Shown: positions 9,833-19,980 of the stretch, one piece after another
Layout: every line of letters begins with the position of its first letter
How positions within the stretch are numbered: position 1 is the stretch's first letter
Source of the DNA: an uncultured Alphaproteobacteria bacterium
GTDB taxonomy: Bacteria > Pseudomonadota > Alphaproteobacteria > CAZZKF01
Assembly: GCA_964654995.1 (NCBI GenBank)
Contig: CAZZKF010000006.1
Coordinates: 7,029-54,285 of the forward strand
Length of the DNA: 47,257 nucleotides
Direction of reading: 5' to 3'
Notes under the pieces: generated by a model
The model's database searches: none
Told to the model about the DNA's origin: nothing
Seen by the model: only the letters and a program-made list of their open reading frames with translations
Made by a program: the position numbers and the translations under genes

Positions 9833-11944
9833 TCAAACCATCTGGAGCAGCGTGTCGATCAGTTCCTGCGCGGTGGCGATCAGGCGCGCCGTAGCGTTGT
9901 ACGAATTCTGGAACAGCACCATGTTGGCGAGCTCCTCGTCCATGTTGACGCCAGAGACGCTGGATACCCGCTCATCGAGCTGGGTCCGCAGAGCCCGGCT
10001 GTTGGCACCCAGATCATCGACCCGCTTGGCCATAGACGCGGTGTTGGACAGCACATTGGCGGCATAACGGCCGAGCGTCGTTGACAGGGCGGTCAGCCCG
10101 CCGGCGGCCCGGAAGGACACGTCGGTGTTGATCAGGTTCTGAAAATCCTCGACCCCGCGGGCGTCGCCGGCCACGATCGCCGGATCGCCGGGCGGCACCG
10201 TGGCGTCGAACTTGGCGACGGCGAAGCGCATCGTATCATTGGCCACGGCATCGGCGAGCGCCACGTTCTTGGCCGCGTCGATGCGGAAACTGTCGCCGAT
10301 TCCGAACAGGCCGGAAAGCGAGACGCCGGTGGCGCCGCGCAACGTGCTGTCCGATGTCACCTGCACCTTGGCACCTTCGAACCCCGGCTTCGGCGTGATC
10401 ACAAGCGCCCCCTGAGCGTCCATGGAAAAGGTGACGAAACCGCCGAGGTTGGTGTTCAGATCGGTCAACAGATCATCGAAGGTGGTGCCCGAAATCGTCA
10501 GCGCGTAGGTCGTGAGCACCGCCCCGCTGGCATCGCGAATCTCGAAATTGGCGGTGCCGCCGGCGCTAAAGCCGTGGGCGTCGGTGGTCGCAAAGCCGGT
10601 CTCGTAAATGCCCGTCGTCTGCGCCTTCAGCAGATCATTCATCCCGAAGAACTGGGAGAATCCGCGCCCCGCCCGGGAGCTGGGATCGGCTGTGCCCTGG
10701 GCAATGACGACGCCATTCGCGGCATTGGCAGCGGTAAACGACATCACGCCGTTGTTCAGCGCCAGGGTGGCGTCACCGCCCAGGGCGGCATTGACGTTGG
10801 CGATCACCGTGTTCAGCGTGTCGGTCGGCGCCAGGGCGTCGAAATCGATGGTCACCGAATTGACCGTGACCCCGTTCGAATCAACGACCGCGAAAGTGGC
10901 ATTGCCGGTAAAGCCGTGAACATCGGTGCCCAGAAGGCCGACGTTGCGTCCCGTAAGGCTGTTGGGCGCCGGCACCGCCGTATTCGCATTATGAACGGCG
11001 TTGAGCTGATCGATCGCCTTGGCGGAAAGCTCGCCAACGGCGAGCGCGATATCGGGAAGCACCTTGTCGCGGGCATCCAGAAGGCCGCGCAGACTTCCCG
11101 ACTGAATGAAGGAGTCGAGATTGGTGCCGGCGGGGTCGACGACCCCGGTCACCGGGTTCACCTTGTGGACGGTGATCGGATCGAATCGGGTGCCCGAGAG
11201 CACCGTGCCCGGCGGCGTGTACTGAAGCTCGAAGCGGGTGGAATCGAGCAGCGAGACGCCGTTCGCCGTGGTCACCCGGATCGAGCCGTCACCATTCTGG
11301 CTGACCCGGATGTCGATCAGCTCGGCAAGCTGAGCCAGCGCCTGCGCCCGCTGTTCCTCCAGCCCGCCGATGTTGCGGCCGAGAGACAGCTCGCGCACGA
11401 TCAGCGGGTTGAGCTCGGCAAGCGAGGTGAGCAGGCCGTTGACCTTGGCAACGTCGGCGGCGATCCGGTCGCTGGCATCGGCGCGCAGCAACTGAAGCTG
11501 ATCGGCAAGGCGCGACAACTCGTCGGCAAAATCCTGAATCGCGCCCAGCGCCGACTGGCGCCGGGCCGGCGCCTTGGGATCGAGCGCCAGATTGCCGATC
11601 GCCGAAAACAGCTCGTCGAGACGCCCGGACAGCGAGGTGTTCTCGTCAGGGCGCCCAAGCAGCGACTGCAGGCGATCATGGACCTTGCCCTCGGCATCAT
11701 AGCGCTCGGCGTCAGACGCCGCGCGCCGTGCCGCATCGATCAGGAACTTGTCGACGACCCGCTGAATCTCGCTGACCTTGACACCGGAGACCTGGCCATC
11801 CGAGATCGTCGCCTCCAGCGACACGACCTCGCGCACATAACCATCGGTGTTGGCATTGGCGATGTTGTTCGAAGTCGTGCGCAGCGCCTGCTGGGCCGCA
11901 TTCAGGCCGCTCAGTGCACTGTCTAGAATCGGACTTAGCGACAT
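9833..11944 (-). CDS. flgK: Flagellar hook-associated protein 1
   Basis: 'ALSGLNAAQQALRTTSNNIANANTDGYVR' N-terminus; 'SGVNMDEELANMVLFQNSYNA' C-terminus. Confidence 0.95.
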   Translation of the reverse strand: MSLSPILDSALSGLNAAQQALRTTSNNIANANTDGYVREVVSLEATISDGQVSGVKVSEIQRVVDKFLIDAARRAASDAERYDAEGKVHDRLQSLLGRPDENTSLSGRLDELFSAIGNLALDPKAPARRQSALGAIQDFADELSRLADQLQLLRADASDRIAADVAKVNGLLTSLAELNPLIVRELSLGRNIGGLEEQRAQALAQLAELIDIRVSQNGDGSIRVTTANGVSLLDSTRFELQYTPPGTVLSGTRFDPITVHKVNPVTGVVDPAGTNLDSFIQSGSLRGLLDARDKVLPDIALAVGELSAKAIDQLNAVHNANTAVPAPNSLTGRNVGLLGTDVHGFTGNATFAVVDSNGVTVNSVTIDFDALAPTDTLNTVIANVNAALGGDATLALNNGVMSFTAANAANGVVIAQGTADPSSRAGRGFSQFFGMNDLLKAQTTGIYETGFATTDAHGFSAGGTANFEIRDASGAVLTTYALTISGTTFDDLLTDLNTNLGGFVTFSMDAQGALVITPKPGFEGAKVQVTSDSTLRGATGVSLSGLFGIGDSFRIDAAKNVALADAVANDTMRFAVAKFDATVPPGDPAIVAGDARGVEDFQNLINTDVSFRAAGGLTALSTTLGRYAANVLSNTASMAKRVDDLGANSRALRTQLDERVSSVSGVNMDEELANMVLFQNSYNATARLIATAQELIDTLLQMV

Positions 11945-12003
11945 GTCAGCCGATCTCCTCTGTTCGGTTTGCTCTGCCACCGGCAGGCCTGGCCCCGCGC
12001 AGG

Positions 12004-12018
12004 CGGCAAGAGCTGCCG
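12004..12018. promoter_or_regulatory. FlbD-binding (ftr-like) dyad in the flgK leader
   Basis: Perfect CGGC-N7-GCCG dyad (CGGCAAGAGCTGCCG) about 145 bp downstream of the flgK sigma54 promoter. Confidence 0.55.
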
Positions 12019-12160
12019 GGTGTCACACCACCCGCGGATCTCCGGGCCAAAATCATCGAACAAAACGCAACGTCTTGTTTTCACAGGCAGTATTCTCCGG
12101 TCATCCATCAATCCGGGGACCCTTGTCAGGGCCATCGTCCCGGCGTGCCGCATTAGAACA

Positions 12161-12176
12161 TGCAAAGTCGGGGCCA
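12161..12176 (-). promoter_or_regulatory. Sigma54 (-24/-12) promoter of flgK-flgL
   Basis: Minus strand TGGCCC-CGACT-TTGCA with GG-N10-GC spacing. Confidence 0.8.
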
Positions 12177-12344
12177 ATCCCGGGCACTGCTCACGTTTAA
12201 TCGAACCTCCGGTCGCCAGCCGGGCTGCCGGGCCCGGTGCAGCTCTGCCCCAGCCCTCGCGATTCCGCCTGTTTGCCCCCATTCTCGTGACAGCCGGGGA
12301 TCGGAACAGCCGCGGCGTGGCGCGCCCGGCGACACGCGGCCGAC

Positions 12345-12380
12345 CGGCAGAATCCACCCCAAAGGCGGAAGTTTTTGCCC
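12345..12380. promoter_or_regulatory. Pair of ftr-like FlbD enhancer sites
   Basis: CGGC-AGAATCC-ACCC (12345-12359) and CGGA-AGTTTTT-GCCC (12366-12380), about 90-120 bp upstream of the fliK sigma54 promoter. Confidence 0.45.
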
Positions 12381-12436
12381 AATCTCCCTCCGAACCGCAC
12401 CTGCCCTCTTGTCCTTCGGATAATTTTCGTGTGGTT

Positions 12437-12449
12437 TTTCAATGTGTTA
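12437..12449 (+). promoter_or_regulatory. IHF-like binding site
   Basis: TTTCAA-TGTG-TTA (one mismatch to WATCAANNNNTTR), preceded by a T-rich tract, between the ftr-like sites and the promoter. Confidence 0.5.
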
Positions 12450-12465
12450 GCAGATTGCCTCGATT

Positions 12466-12480
12466 TGGCCCGATGTTTGC
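12466..12480 (+). promoter_or_regulatory. Sigma54 (-24/-12) promoter of fliK-flgD-flgE
   Basis: TGGCCC-GATGT-TTGC with GG-N10-GC spacing, 47 bp before the fliK ATG. Confidence 0.8.
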
Positions 12481-12527
12481 TTCCCTTGAATGCGCGCCGT
12501 GTTGTGCGCCAACGGATGTGATGTGAA

Positions 12528-14339
12528 ATGACGCAAGTTCTGCCCATAGATGCTTTTGCACCGCGAGCGGCGAGCGAGCCGGCATCGAGCCGGGACGGAA
12601 CCGGCGACGCCTTTGATCGTTTGCTGGGCGCGTCCTTTGACAACGACCGCCTGGCCCTGCGCGCGCCACAGGATCGGGACGCCGCCGACGCGCAGGCCGC
12701 AACGAAGGCGCGGGACAGGACGGTACAATCCGAGCGGGCCGATCGCGCCAGGGACGATCGCGCCGCAACTGAAACTGGCTCGCGGGTGCGTGAGACCCGC
12801 TCACCAATCAATGACCGTGTCGGTAGCGAGCCGGTGTCATCCGGGCCGACACAAGAAACCCGGCCGATCAATGACAAGGCGGCGGCCAAAAACTCCGACG
12901 GGCCAACCGATACACCGCCTGGCGAGACATCGAAAGCGGCAGCCGCCGATTCCTCGGGAAATGCCCCAGGCGCCAATATCAGCGATGCGGGCGAGCCCGC
13001 CTCTCAGCAGACCGCAAGCGACACCGCCGCCCCCGGATCCGAGGCCGCCGCCCAGGACAAGACCGACACCGAGACGCCGGCTGCCGGCACTGCGGTGCCG
13101 TCGGGGGTCGAGCAGACGCTGCCGGTCTTCGTCGCGGCCAACGCCGCGACGATCCAGCCGGGTGCGGCCGCGGGCGAGCCCGCAGCGGACTCGCTGGCCA
13201 GCACCAGTTCGCCACCGGCATCATCGGCCCGCCCCGCGTCGGCCGGGACTATCCGCGAAGGTCAGGTGCCAGGGGCCGGGTTCGCGCCCGAGCTGCGTGA
13301 TTCCGATCTGCCGGCCGTAGCGGCCAGGGCCGCCTCCGAGGCCGCCGGCAAGGCGGTTGCGGCGGCGCTGCGGGCCCAGCCAGCGACAACCGAGGCCGCC
13401 GCCCTCAAGGCTGTCAGCAGTCTTTTCAATGTCGAACTGACCGGTCGCCGGCAAAACCCGGATGGCTCGTTTTCGACCCGGGACGGCGCGCCGGCGATTC
13501 CGGGCATGGTCCCGGCCGGCAGCATCCTCGGCCAGACGGCGGCACGCTTCGGCCTGGCGCTCAACATCATGGCCTTGCCGGGCAGCACCGGGACGACGCT
13601 GAACGGTCTGATCTCGCCTGAGCTGTTGTCGGCCCTCAACGGCTCGACCAATGGCGGTCAGGCCGGTGAGGGCGGGTCTTCAGGCCAGCAACCGGGCGGC
13701 GATGCCCAGACCGCCGCCCGCCCGGCGGCTCCGCTGCCGGCACCGGCGCCAGCGCCGAGCGCAGGTGGAACCCCGTTCCCGGCCACGACTTTCGCAAATC
13801 TGCAGATCCAGGGTGATGCTGCCGGCGTCGCAACACCGGCGACAGGCACCACCAACGGCGCCCCGGCCCAAGGGTCTGGACTGACGGCCGCCGCGGCGCG
13901 CTTCACCGTGCCGACGACACTGCCGCTCGACCAGCTTGCGGTCTTCATCGCCCGCGCCGCCCAGCCCGGCAATGACCGGTTCACCATCCGTCTGCACCCG
14001 GCCGAACTGGGGCGCGTCGAAGTGTCCATGGATGTCGCCCGCGATGGCCGGGTCACCGCCGTGCTGACCGCCGAAAAGCAGTACACGCTCGACCTGTTGC
14101 AGCGTGACGCCCGGATGCTCGAGCGCGCCCTTGTCGACAGCGGCCTGCAGGCCGACGCCGGCAGTCTGAGCTTTTCCCTGTTCGATCAGGGGAACGGCGC
14201 CGACCAGGCCCTGGACGAATCGGCCGCGGCCCCGGTTCTGATCGCCGCGGAGGATGACGACAGCCCGCCCGACGCCACCCTGGCAATGGCAAAAGTGCGT
14301 CTGGTCGGCGACGGCCCGGGCGTTGATATTCGGATTTGA
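12528..14339 (+). CDS. fliK: Flagellar hook-length control protein
   Basis: Low-complexity Ala/Pro/Thr-rich body; C-terminal 'IRLHPAELGRVEV...TLDLLQRDARMLERAL..GL' domain; upstream of flgD and flgE. Confidence 0.9.
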   Translation: MTQVLPIDAFAPRAASEPASSRDGTGDAFDRLLGASFDNDRLALRAPQDRDAADAQAATKARDRTVQSERADRARDDRAATETGSRVRETRSPINDRVGSEPVSSGPTQETRPINDKAAAKNSDGPTDTPPGETSKAAAADSSGNAPGANISDAGEPASQQTASDTAAPGSEAAAQDKTDTETPAAGTAVPSGVEQTLPVFVAANAATIQPGAAAGEPAADSLASTSSPPASSARPASAGTIREGQVPGAGFAPELRDSDLPAVAARAASEAAGKAVAAALRAQPATTEAAALKAVSSLFNVELTGRRQNPDGSFSTRDGAPAIPGMVPAGSILGQTAARFGLALNIMALPGSTGTTLNGLISPELLSALNGSTNGGQAGEGGSSGQQPGGDAQTAARPAAPLPAPAPAPSAGGTPFPATTFANLQIQGDAAGVATPATGTTNGAPAQGSGLTAAAARFTVPTTLPLDQLAVFIARAAQPGNDRFTIRLHPAELGRVEVSMDVARDGRVTAVLTAEKQYTLDLLQRDARMLERALVDSGLQADAGSLSFSLFDQGNGADQALDESAAAPVLIAAEDDDSPPDATLAMAKVRLVGDGPGVDIRI

Positions 14340-14382
14340 CCGGTCGCCGGCCGAGACCGGCAGCCCATAGGAGCAAGGCAGT

Positions 14383-15066
14383 ATGGAAATCAGTTCCCTG
14401 GCGTCCCTGACCGGCCCAGCGCCGAGCGCCGCAACCCAGGCCAGCGCCAAGCTGGGCAAGGACTTCGGCTCGTTTCTGACCCTGCTGACCACCCAGTTGC
14501 GGCAGCAGGACCCGCTGGATCCGCTGAAGTCGAACGAATTTACCCAGCAACTCGTCCAGTTCACCGAGGTCGAACAGGCGATCGCCTCCAACAAGAATCT
14601 GGAGAAGATCATCGCCAGCATCGCCGCCCAGTCAGCCACCAGCCTGGTCGGCTATCTGGGCAAGGTGATCACCGCGTCCGGTGACCGTGCGGCGCTGTCG
14701 GGCGGCCAGGCGGTCTGGGGCTACGAGCTTGGCGCCGAAGCCGAAAAGACCGAGATACTGATCAGCGACGAGACCGGCAAGGTCGTATACAAGACGACCG
14801 GTGCGACCTCCGCCGGCAAACATGTCTTCAACTGGGACGGCCGCGACAATCTCGGCAACGCGCTGCCCGACGGCATCTACAAATTCGAGATCTCGGCGGT
14901 GTCCGCCGGCGGCGCCCAGATCGAGGCCTCGACCTCGATCCGGGGACGGGTCAGCAGCGTCGAGACCGGCGATGACTCGTTCACGCTGGTGGTCGACGGC
15001 CTGAAGGTCCCGCTTGAAAATGTCACCAAGGTTTCCGAACCGGCCCCGCAGAACAGTGACGGGTGA
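14383..15066 (+). CDS. flgD: Flagellar hook assembly (capping) protein
   Basis: 'FLTLLTTQLRQQDPLDP..EFTQQLVQF..VEQ', 'WDGRD..G..LPDG.Y'. Confidence 0.95.
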   Translation: MEISSLASLTGPAPSAATQASAKLGKDFGSFLTLLTTQLRQQDPLDPLKSNEFTQQLVQFTEVEQAIASNKNLEKIIASIAAQSATSLVGYLGKVITASGDRAALSGGQAVWGYELGAEAEKTEILISDETGKVVYKTTGATSAGKHVFNWDGRDNLGNALPDGIYKFEISAVSAGGAQIEASTSIRGRVSSVETGDDSFTLVVDGLKVPLENVTKVSEPAPQNSDG

Positions 15067-15147
15067 TGTCTTGCGCAAAAGCGTCCCTGCCGTCGCCTTT
15101 GGCGTACGGATAACGCAACAAGCAAACCATGAACAGGAGCAGATGAA

Positions 15148-16494
15148 ATGGGTGTGCTAGGTGCTCTCTTCTCCGGTGTGACGGGGCTCAATGCGAACAG
15201 CAATGCGCTCGGCATGATCGGCGACAACATCGTCAATCTCAACACCGTCGGCTACAAGGCAACAGAGGCGCGGTTTTCCACTCTGGTGACCGAGGCCGCA
15301 ACGTCCGGTCTGTTCTCGTCGGGAGGGGTCCAGTCCAGTGCCCAGACCCTGGTCGAGAAACAGGGGCTCTTGCTGGCCTCGAATTCGCCAACCGACCTGG
15401 CGATCGTCGGATCCGGCTTTTTCGTTGTCGGCAACTCGTCGGCGAGTGGCACCGGCCAGGACATTCAGTTCACCCGCGCCGGCTCATTCACGCCCGATGC
15501 CGACGGCTTCCTGCAGAATACGGCCGGGCTCTATCTCAAGGGCTGGCCGATCGATGACAACGGCAATATTCCCAACAATCTGGGCGACCTGTCGATCCTC
15601 GAGACAATCAATGTCTCGGGCCTCACCGGCACGGCGGAAGCGACGACGTCGATCCGGCTCCGCGCCAATCTGCTGGCAACCCAGACGCCGAATCCCAACA
15701 TCAGCACGTACGATCCGACCAATTCGGCCACCAACATGTCGTCCGGCTCCGGCCTGACGCCGGATTTCACGCGGACACTGCCGATCATCGATGCCCAGGG
15801 CGGAACCCGCTCGTTGCAGTTCTCGTTCCTCAAGAGCTCGACGCCGAACCGCTGGTTCGTCGAAATCTCGGTACCGCCGCCGGCCAATTTCAATCTGACC
15901 GGCACACATGTTGACGGTCAGGTGGCGGTCGGCACCCTGGCGTTCAACGAGGACGGGTCGATCGATCTTACGAACACGTCGGCCGAATTGAAGAACCCGC
16001 TGGTTATCGACTGGACCGACGGACCGGCCGACAGCAACATCTCCATCAATTGGGGGACTGACGGCAAGGCCGACGGCTTCACCCAGTTCAACAGCGTGTC
16101 CACACTGCTGTCGTCAACGATCAACGGCGCCGTGTTCGGCAATGTCTCGGGCGTCTCGATCAGCCCCGAGGGCAAGGTGACGGCATTGTTCGACAACGGC
16201 CTGATCAAGGACGTTTTCCAGTTGCCGGTTGCCACCTTCCAGAACCCCAACGGCCTGATCCGGCGTAACGGCAACGCCTTCGTGCCGTCGCCTGAGAGCG
16301 GCACGTTCAACGTCCAGATCCCCGGCACCGGCGGCGCCGGCAAGATCAGCCCGTCGAATCTCGAGGGCTCGACCGTCGACCTGGCGACTGAGTTTACCCG
16401 CCTGATCACCACCCAGCGGGCGTTCACCGCCAGCACCCGGATCATCACCACGGCCGACGAGATGCTGGACGAACTGAACCGCGTGAAACGGTAA
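15148..16494 (+). CDS. flgE: Flagellar hook protein
   Basis: 'GDNIVNLNTVGYK', 'DLAIVGSGFF', 'FTRAGSF', 'LEGSTVDLATEFTRLITTQRAF'. Confidence 0.95.
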   Translation: MGVLGALFSGVTGLNANSNALGMIGDNIVNLNTVGYKATEARFSTLVTEAATSGLFSSGGVQSSAQTLVEKQGLLLASNSPTDLAIVGSGFFVVGNSSASGTGQDIQFTRAGSFTPDADGFLQNTAGLYLKGWPIDDNGNIPNNLGDLSILETINVSGLTGTAEATTSIRLRANLLATQTPNPNISTYDPTNSATNMSSGSGLTPDFTRTLPIIDAQGGTRSLQFSFLKSSTPNRWFVEISVPPPANFNLTGTHVDGQVAVGTLAFNEDGSIDLTNTSAELKNPLVIDWTDGPADSNISINWGTDGKADGFTQFNSVSTLLSSTINGAVFGNVSGVSISPEGKVTALFDNGLIKDVFQLPVATFQNPNGLIRRNGNAFVPSPESGTFNVQIPGTGGAGKISPSNLEGSTVDLATEFTRLITTQRAFTASTRIITTADEMLDELNRVKR

Positions 16495-16521
16495 CTGAAT
16501 TGTCTGTTCCTGCCGACATGA

Positions 16522-16555
16522 CCGGCTCCGGACCTGATCCCGGGTCCGGAGCCGG
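16522..16555 (+). terminator. GC-rich hairpin after flgE, probable terminator
   Basis: 13-bp inverted repeat CCGGCTCCGGACC / GGTCCGGAGCCGG; the T-run lies about 18 nt further downstream, so the structure is not canonical. Confidence 0.55.
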
Positions 16556-16597
16556 GGCCGTGCCGGTCAACTGTTTTTAGTAAAATCGTAGGGACCC

Positions 16598-16636
16598 TTT
16601 ATCGCCGATTAACCCATTTCCTTAGCGGTTTTTTAA
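16598..16636. promoter_or_regulatory. Two CtrA-like boxes upstream of sciP
   Basis: TTTA-TCGCCGA-TTAAC (16598-16613) and TTAG-CGGTTTT-TTAA (16622-16636), each one mismatch from TTAA-N7-TTAA. Confidence 0.65.
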
Positions 16637-16690
16637 AGCCCCTCGGCTAAGGTCCGCACATCCATGCGTTTGGGGAAGAGTCGTTCGTAA

Positions 16691-16975
16691 ATGAGTGATT
16701 ACAACTATAATCGCAGACCCGCGGTCATTGGCCCCAATGGCGACATGTTGACGCTCGACGACCTGCCGCCGCCGGACACCAAACGCTGGGTCATCCGGCG
16801 CAAGGCGGAGGTCGTGGCAGCCGTCCGTGGTGGGTTGCTGACGCTGGACGAAGCCTGCCGGCGTTACCGGCTGTCGGTCGAGGAGTTCCTGTCCTGGCAG
16901 CGCTCGATCGACCGTGACGGACTGCCCGGACTGCGCGCCACCCGTATTCAGCATTACCGTCAGGTGGATGCCTGA
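16691..16975 (+). CDS. sciP: CtrA inhibitor SciP (DUF1153)
   Basis: 'VIGPNG..LTLDDLPPPDTKRWVIRRKAEVVAAVRGGLLTLDEACRRY.LSVEEF..WQ....G..GLRATRIQ.YR'. Confidence 0.93.
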   Translation: MSDYNYNRRPAVIGPNGDMLTLDDLPPPDTKRWVIRRKAEVVAAVRGGLLTLDEACRRYRLSVEEFLSWQRSIDRDGLPGLRATRIQHYRQVDA

Positions 16976-17125
16976 ACCCAGGCCCACGGGCATCCGGATC
17001 GATCCCCGACAATGCCCATAGCAAGGAGTTGACATTATCACGCCGTAACCTGTTTTCGCCGCCCGCCGGCAGGCCAGCCGCATCCCGCGCCGCATTGGCC
17101 GCATCAGGTCCTCGCGCCCGTCGCT

Positions 17126-17159
17126 AGGCAGAAATTGCCCACCATTAACCAGTTGTTCA
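17126..17159 (+). promoter_or_regulatory. fliF operon control region: ftr-like dyad next to a CtrA-like box
   Basis: AGGC-AGAAATT-GCCC (17126-17140) followed by TTAA-CCAGTTG-TTCA (17145-17159). Confidence 0.6.
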
Positions 17160-17253
17160 GAAGCCTCCTGTTAGAACAGGCGGAACGGCGGGCGTGTGTG
17201 TGGCCCGCCTTGCGCAAGCATGGCCCGGGTGAACAGGTGCGGGGTAATTCGGA

Positions 17254-18945
17254 GTGAACAGTTTTGTCAACACGCTGCGCTCGCTGGGAGCGGCGAGACT
17301 GCTGGCCATCGGCATCGTCATCATCGGTCTCCTTGGCTTTTTCGCCTTCATCACGTCGCGCATCGCGACGCCGCCCATGGGCCTCCTTTACAGCGGCCTT
17401 GATCCCCAGGACGCCGGCGAGATCGTCGCCAAGCTCGACGGCCTGAACATCAAATACGAGCTGACCGCGGACGGCACCAGCATCATGGTCCCCGAATCCG
17501 AGGTCGCCCGGCTGCGCATGACCATGGCCGAACAGGGCCTGCCGTCGGGCGGATCGATGGGATACGAGATCTTCGACCAGACCGACGCGTTCGGGACTAC
17601 CAGTTTCGTTCAGAACATCAACCGGGTGCGCGCCCTCGAAGGCGAGCTGGCACGTACCATCCGGACCATCAATCGCATCTCGGCCGCCCGGGTTCACCTG
17701 GTGCTCCCTGAACGCCGCCCGTTCAATCGCGAGGCCCTGGGCCCCAGCGCCTCGATCGTGCTCAAGACCCGCGGCGGTGAATTGACGGCGAGCCAGGTGC
17801 AGGCGATCCAGCATCTGGTGGCAGCCGCCGTGCCCAATCTGACGCCGGCCCGCGTCTCGGTGGTCGATGAACGCGGCAAGCTGCTGGCGCCGGGGCTGAA
17901 CGAAAGCGACGAGGACGCCATGGCTGCCTCCCTGCGCGACCGTCAGGTGGCCTATGAAAAGCGGCTCAAGCGTCAGCTCGAGACGCTGCTGGAAAAATCG
18001 ATCGGCCGCGGCAAGGTTCAGGTCGAGGTCAGCGCCGACATCGATTTCAGCCGCGTCACCACCAGCTCCGAGCTTTACGATCCCGATCGCCAGGTGGTGC
18101 TGTCGACGCAGACGGTCGAGGAATCGAGCCGCTCGCAGGAGCCCACCCAGGTCGGTGGCGACGTCTCGGTGGCCAACAACCTTCCCGACGCCAATGCTGC
18201 CGCCGGTCCGGCGGCCGCCGCCAGTTCGACCAGGACGCGCACCGAGGAAACCACCAATTTCGAGAATTCCAAGACCGTCACGACCGAGACCAAGGAAGCC
18301 GGCCAGGTCAAGCGTCTGTCGGTCGCGGTGCTGGTCGACGGCATCTATTCGAAGGCCGAGGACGGCACGCTCAGCTACAAGCCGCGCAGCCAGGAAGAGC
18401 TCGACCGGCTGGCGGCGCTGGTGCGTTCGGCGATCGGCTATGACGCCGACCGCGGCGACACGGTCGAGGTCGTCAACCTGCCGTTTGCGGTCGAGGAGGC
18501 GCCGGAGATCGTGGAGGAATCGGGCGGATTTCTCGGCCTCGAGCTGACCAAGGCCGACATCTTCCGGATCATCGAGCTGATCGTCTATTCGCTGGTCGGC
18601 CTTGTGACCATGCTGTTCGTCGTCCGGCCGCTGATCAACCGCCTGTTTTCGCCCGCCCCGGCGACGGCCATGGCCGGCGGCGGCCAGATCACCGATGCCA
18701 GCGGCGAGCATCCGGCCCTGGCCGCGCCCGAAGGCGCCAGCCCCGAGCAGGTCGCCGCCTTGAGCGCGGACAACGCCGGCAGCCCGATCGCCCTGCCGCA
18801 CCAGGCGAGCCGCGTCGAGAGCATGATCGACGTCGCCACCATCGACGGACAGATCCAGCAATCGGCGGTCAAGAAAGTTGGCGAGATCGTCGAGAAACAC
18901 CCTGACGAGGCGGTCTCCATCCTGCGCAACTGGTTACACGAATAG
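17254..18945 (+). CDS. fliF: Flagellar MS-ring protein
   Basis: 'GYEIFD', '[10 protein letters not shown]', 'ARVHLVLP', '[10 protein letters not shown]'; two TM segments. Confidence 0.96.
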   Translation: MNSFVNTLRSLGAARLLAIGIVIIGLLGFFAFITSRIATPPMGLLYSGLDPQDAGEIVAKLDGLNIKYELTADGTSIMVPESEVARLRMTMAEQGLPSGGSMGYEIFDQTDAFGTTSFVQNINRVRALEGELARTIRTINRISAARVHLVLPERRPFNREALGPSASIVLKTRGGELTASQVQAIQHLVAAAVPNLTPARVSVVDERGKLLAPGLNESDEDAMAASLRDRQVAYEKRLKRQLETLLEKSIGRGKVQVEVSADIDFSRVTTSSELYDPDRQVVLSTQTVEESSRSQEPTQVGGDVSVANNLPDANAAAGPAAAASSTRTRTEETTNFENSKTVTTETKEAGQVKRLSVAVLVDGIYSKAEDGTLSYKPRSQEELDRLAALVRSAIGYDADRGDTVEVVNLPFAVEEAPEIVEESGGFLGLELTKADIFRIIELIVYSLVGLVTMLFVVRPLINRLFSPAPATAMAGGGQITDASGEHPALAAPEGASPEQVAALSADNAGSPIALPHQASRVESMIDVATIDGQIQQSAVKKVGEIVEKHPDEAVSILRNWLHE

Positions 18946-18953
18946 GACTGGCC

Positions 18954-19973
18954 ATGGCAGGCACAGCAGCAGATGCCCGAAAAATCCCGGGGCCCGAAAA
19001 GGCCGCCGCGCTGATGCTGGCGCTGGGCACCGACTACGGCAAAACGATTTGGGAACGGCTTGACGAGGAAGAGATCAAGGAGATCTCGCAGGCGATGTCG
19101 GCCCTGGGGACCATCGATTCCAAGCTGGTCGAGCACCTGCTGGTCGATTTCGCCTCCCAGATCTCGACGGTGGGCGCGCTGACCGGGACTTACGAGAACA
19201 CCGAACGCCTGCTCGCCAACATCCTGCCCGAGGACCAGGTCGGGGCGATCATGGAAGAGATCCGCGGCCCCGCCGGCCGCACCATGTGGGACAAGCTCGG
19301 TAACGTCAACGAGCAGGTCCTCGCCTCCTACCTCAAGAACGAGTACCCGCAGACGGTCGCCGTGGTGCTCTCCAAGATCAGGCCCGAGCACGCGGCCCGG
19401 GTGCTCAGCGCCCTGCCCGAGGATTTCGCCATGGAAGTGGTGATGCGGCTGCTGCGCATGGAGGCGGTGCAGAAGGAAATCCTGGATAATGTCGAGCAGA
19501 CCCTGCGGGTCGAGTTCATGAGCAATCTGGCGCGCACCAACCGCCGCGACAGCCACGAGCTGATTGCCGAGATCTTCAACTACCTCGACCGCAGCGCCGA
19601 ATCCCAGTTCCTCTCCGCCCTTGAAGAGCGCAACCGCGAATCCGCCGAGCGCATCCGCGCCCTGATGTTCACCTTCGAGGATCTGCAAAAACTCGATCCG
19701 GCCGGCATTCAGACGCTGCTGCGCAATTTCGACAAGGACAAGCTGGCGATCGCCATGAAGGGCGCCTCGGACACGCTGCGCGACCTGTTCTTCTCCAACA
19801 TGTCGGAGCGCGCTGCCAAGATCCTGCGCGAGGACATGGAGGCGATGGGCCCGGTGCGCCTGCGCGACGTCGACGAGGCGCAGATGGCGATGGTCAATCT
19901 GGCCAAGGATCTGGCCGATGCCGGCGAAATCATCCTTCTCGACAACAAGGGCGAGGACGAACTCGTCTACTGA
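18954..19973 (+). CDS. fliG: Flagellar motor switch protein
   Basis: 'KAAALM', '[11 protein letters not shown]', 'MFTFEDL', 'NMSERAA'. Confidence 0.96.
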   Translation: MAGTAADARKIPGPEKAAALMLALGTDYGKTIWERLDEEEIKEISQAMSALGTIDSKLVEHLLVDFASQISTVGALTGTYENTERLLANILPEDQVGAIMEEIRGPAGRTMWDKLGNVNEQVLASYLKNEYPQTVAVVLSKIRPEHAARVLSALPEDFAMEVVMRLLRMEAVQKEILDNVEQTLRVEFMSNLARTNRRDSHELIAEIFNYLDRSAESQFLSALEERNRESAERIRALMFTFEDLQKLDPAGIQTLLRNFDKDKLAIAMKGASDTLRDLFFSNMSERAAKILREDMEAMGPVRLRDVDEAQMAMVNLAKDLADAGEIILLDNKGEDELVY

Positions 19974-19980
19974 GCGTGCA

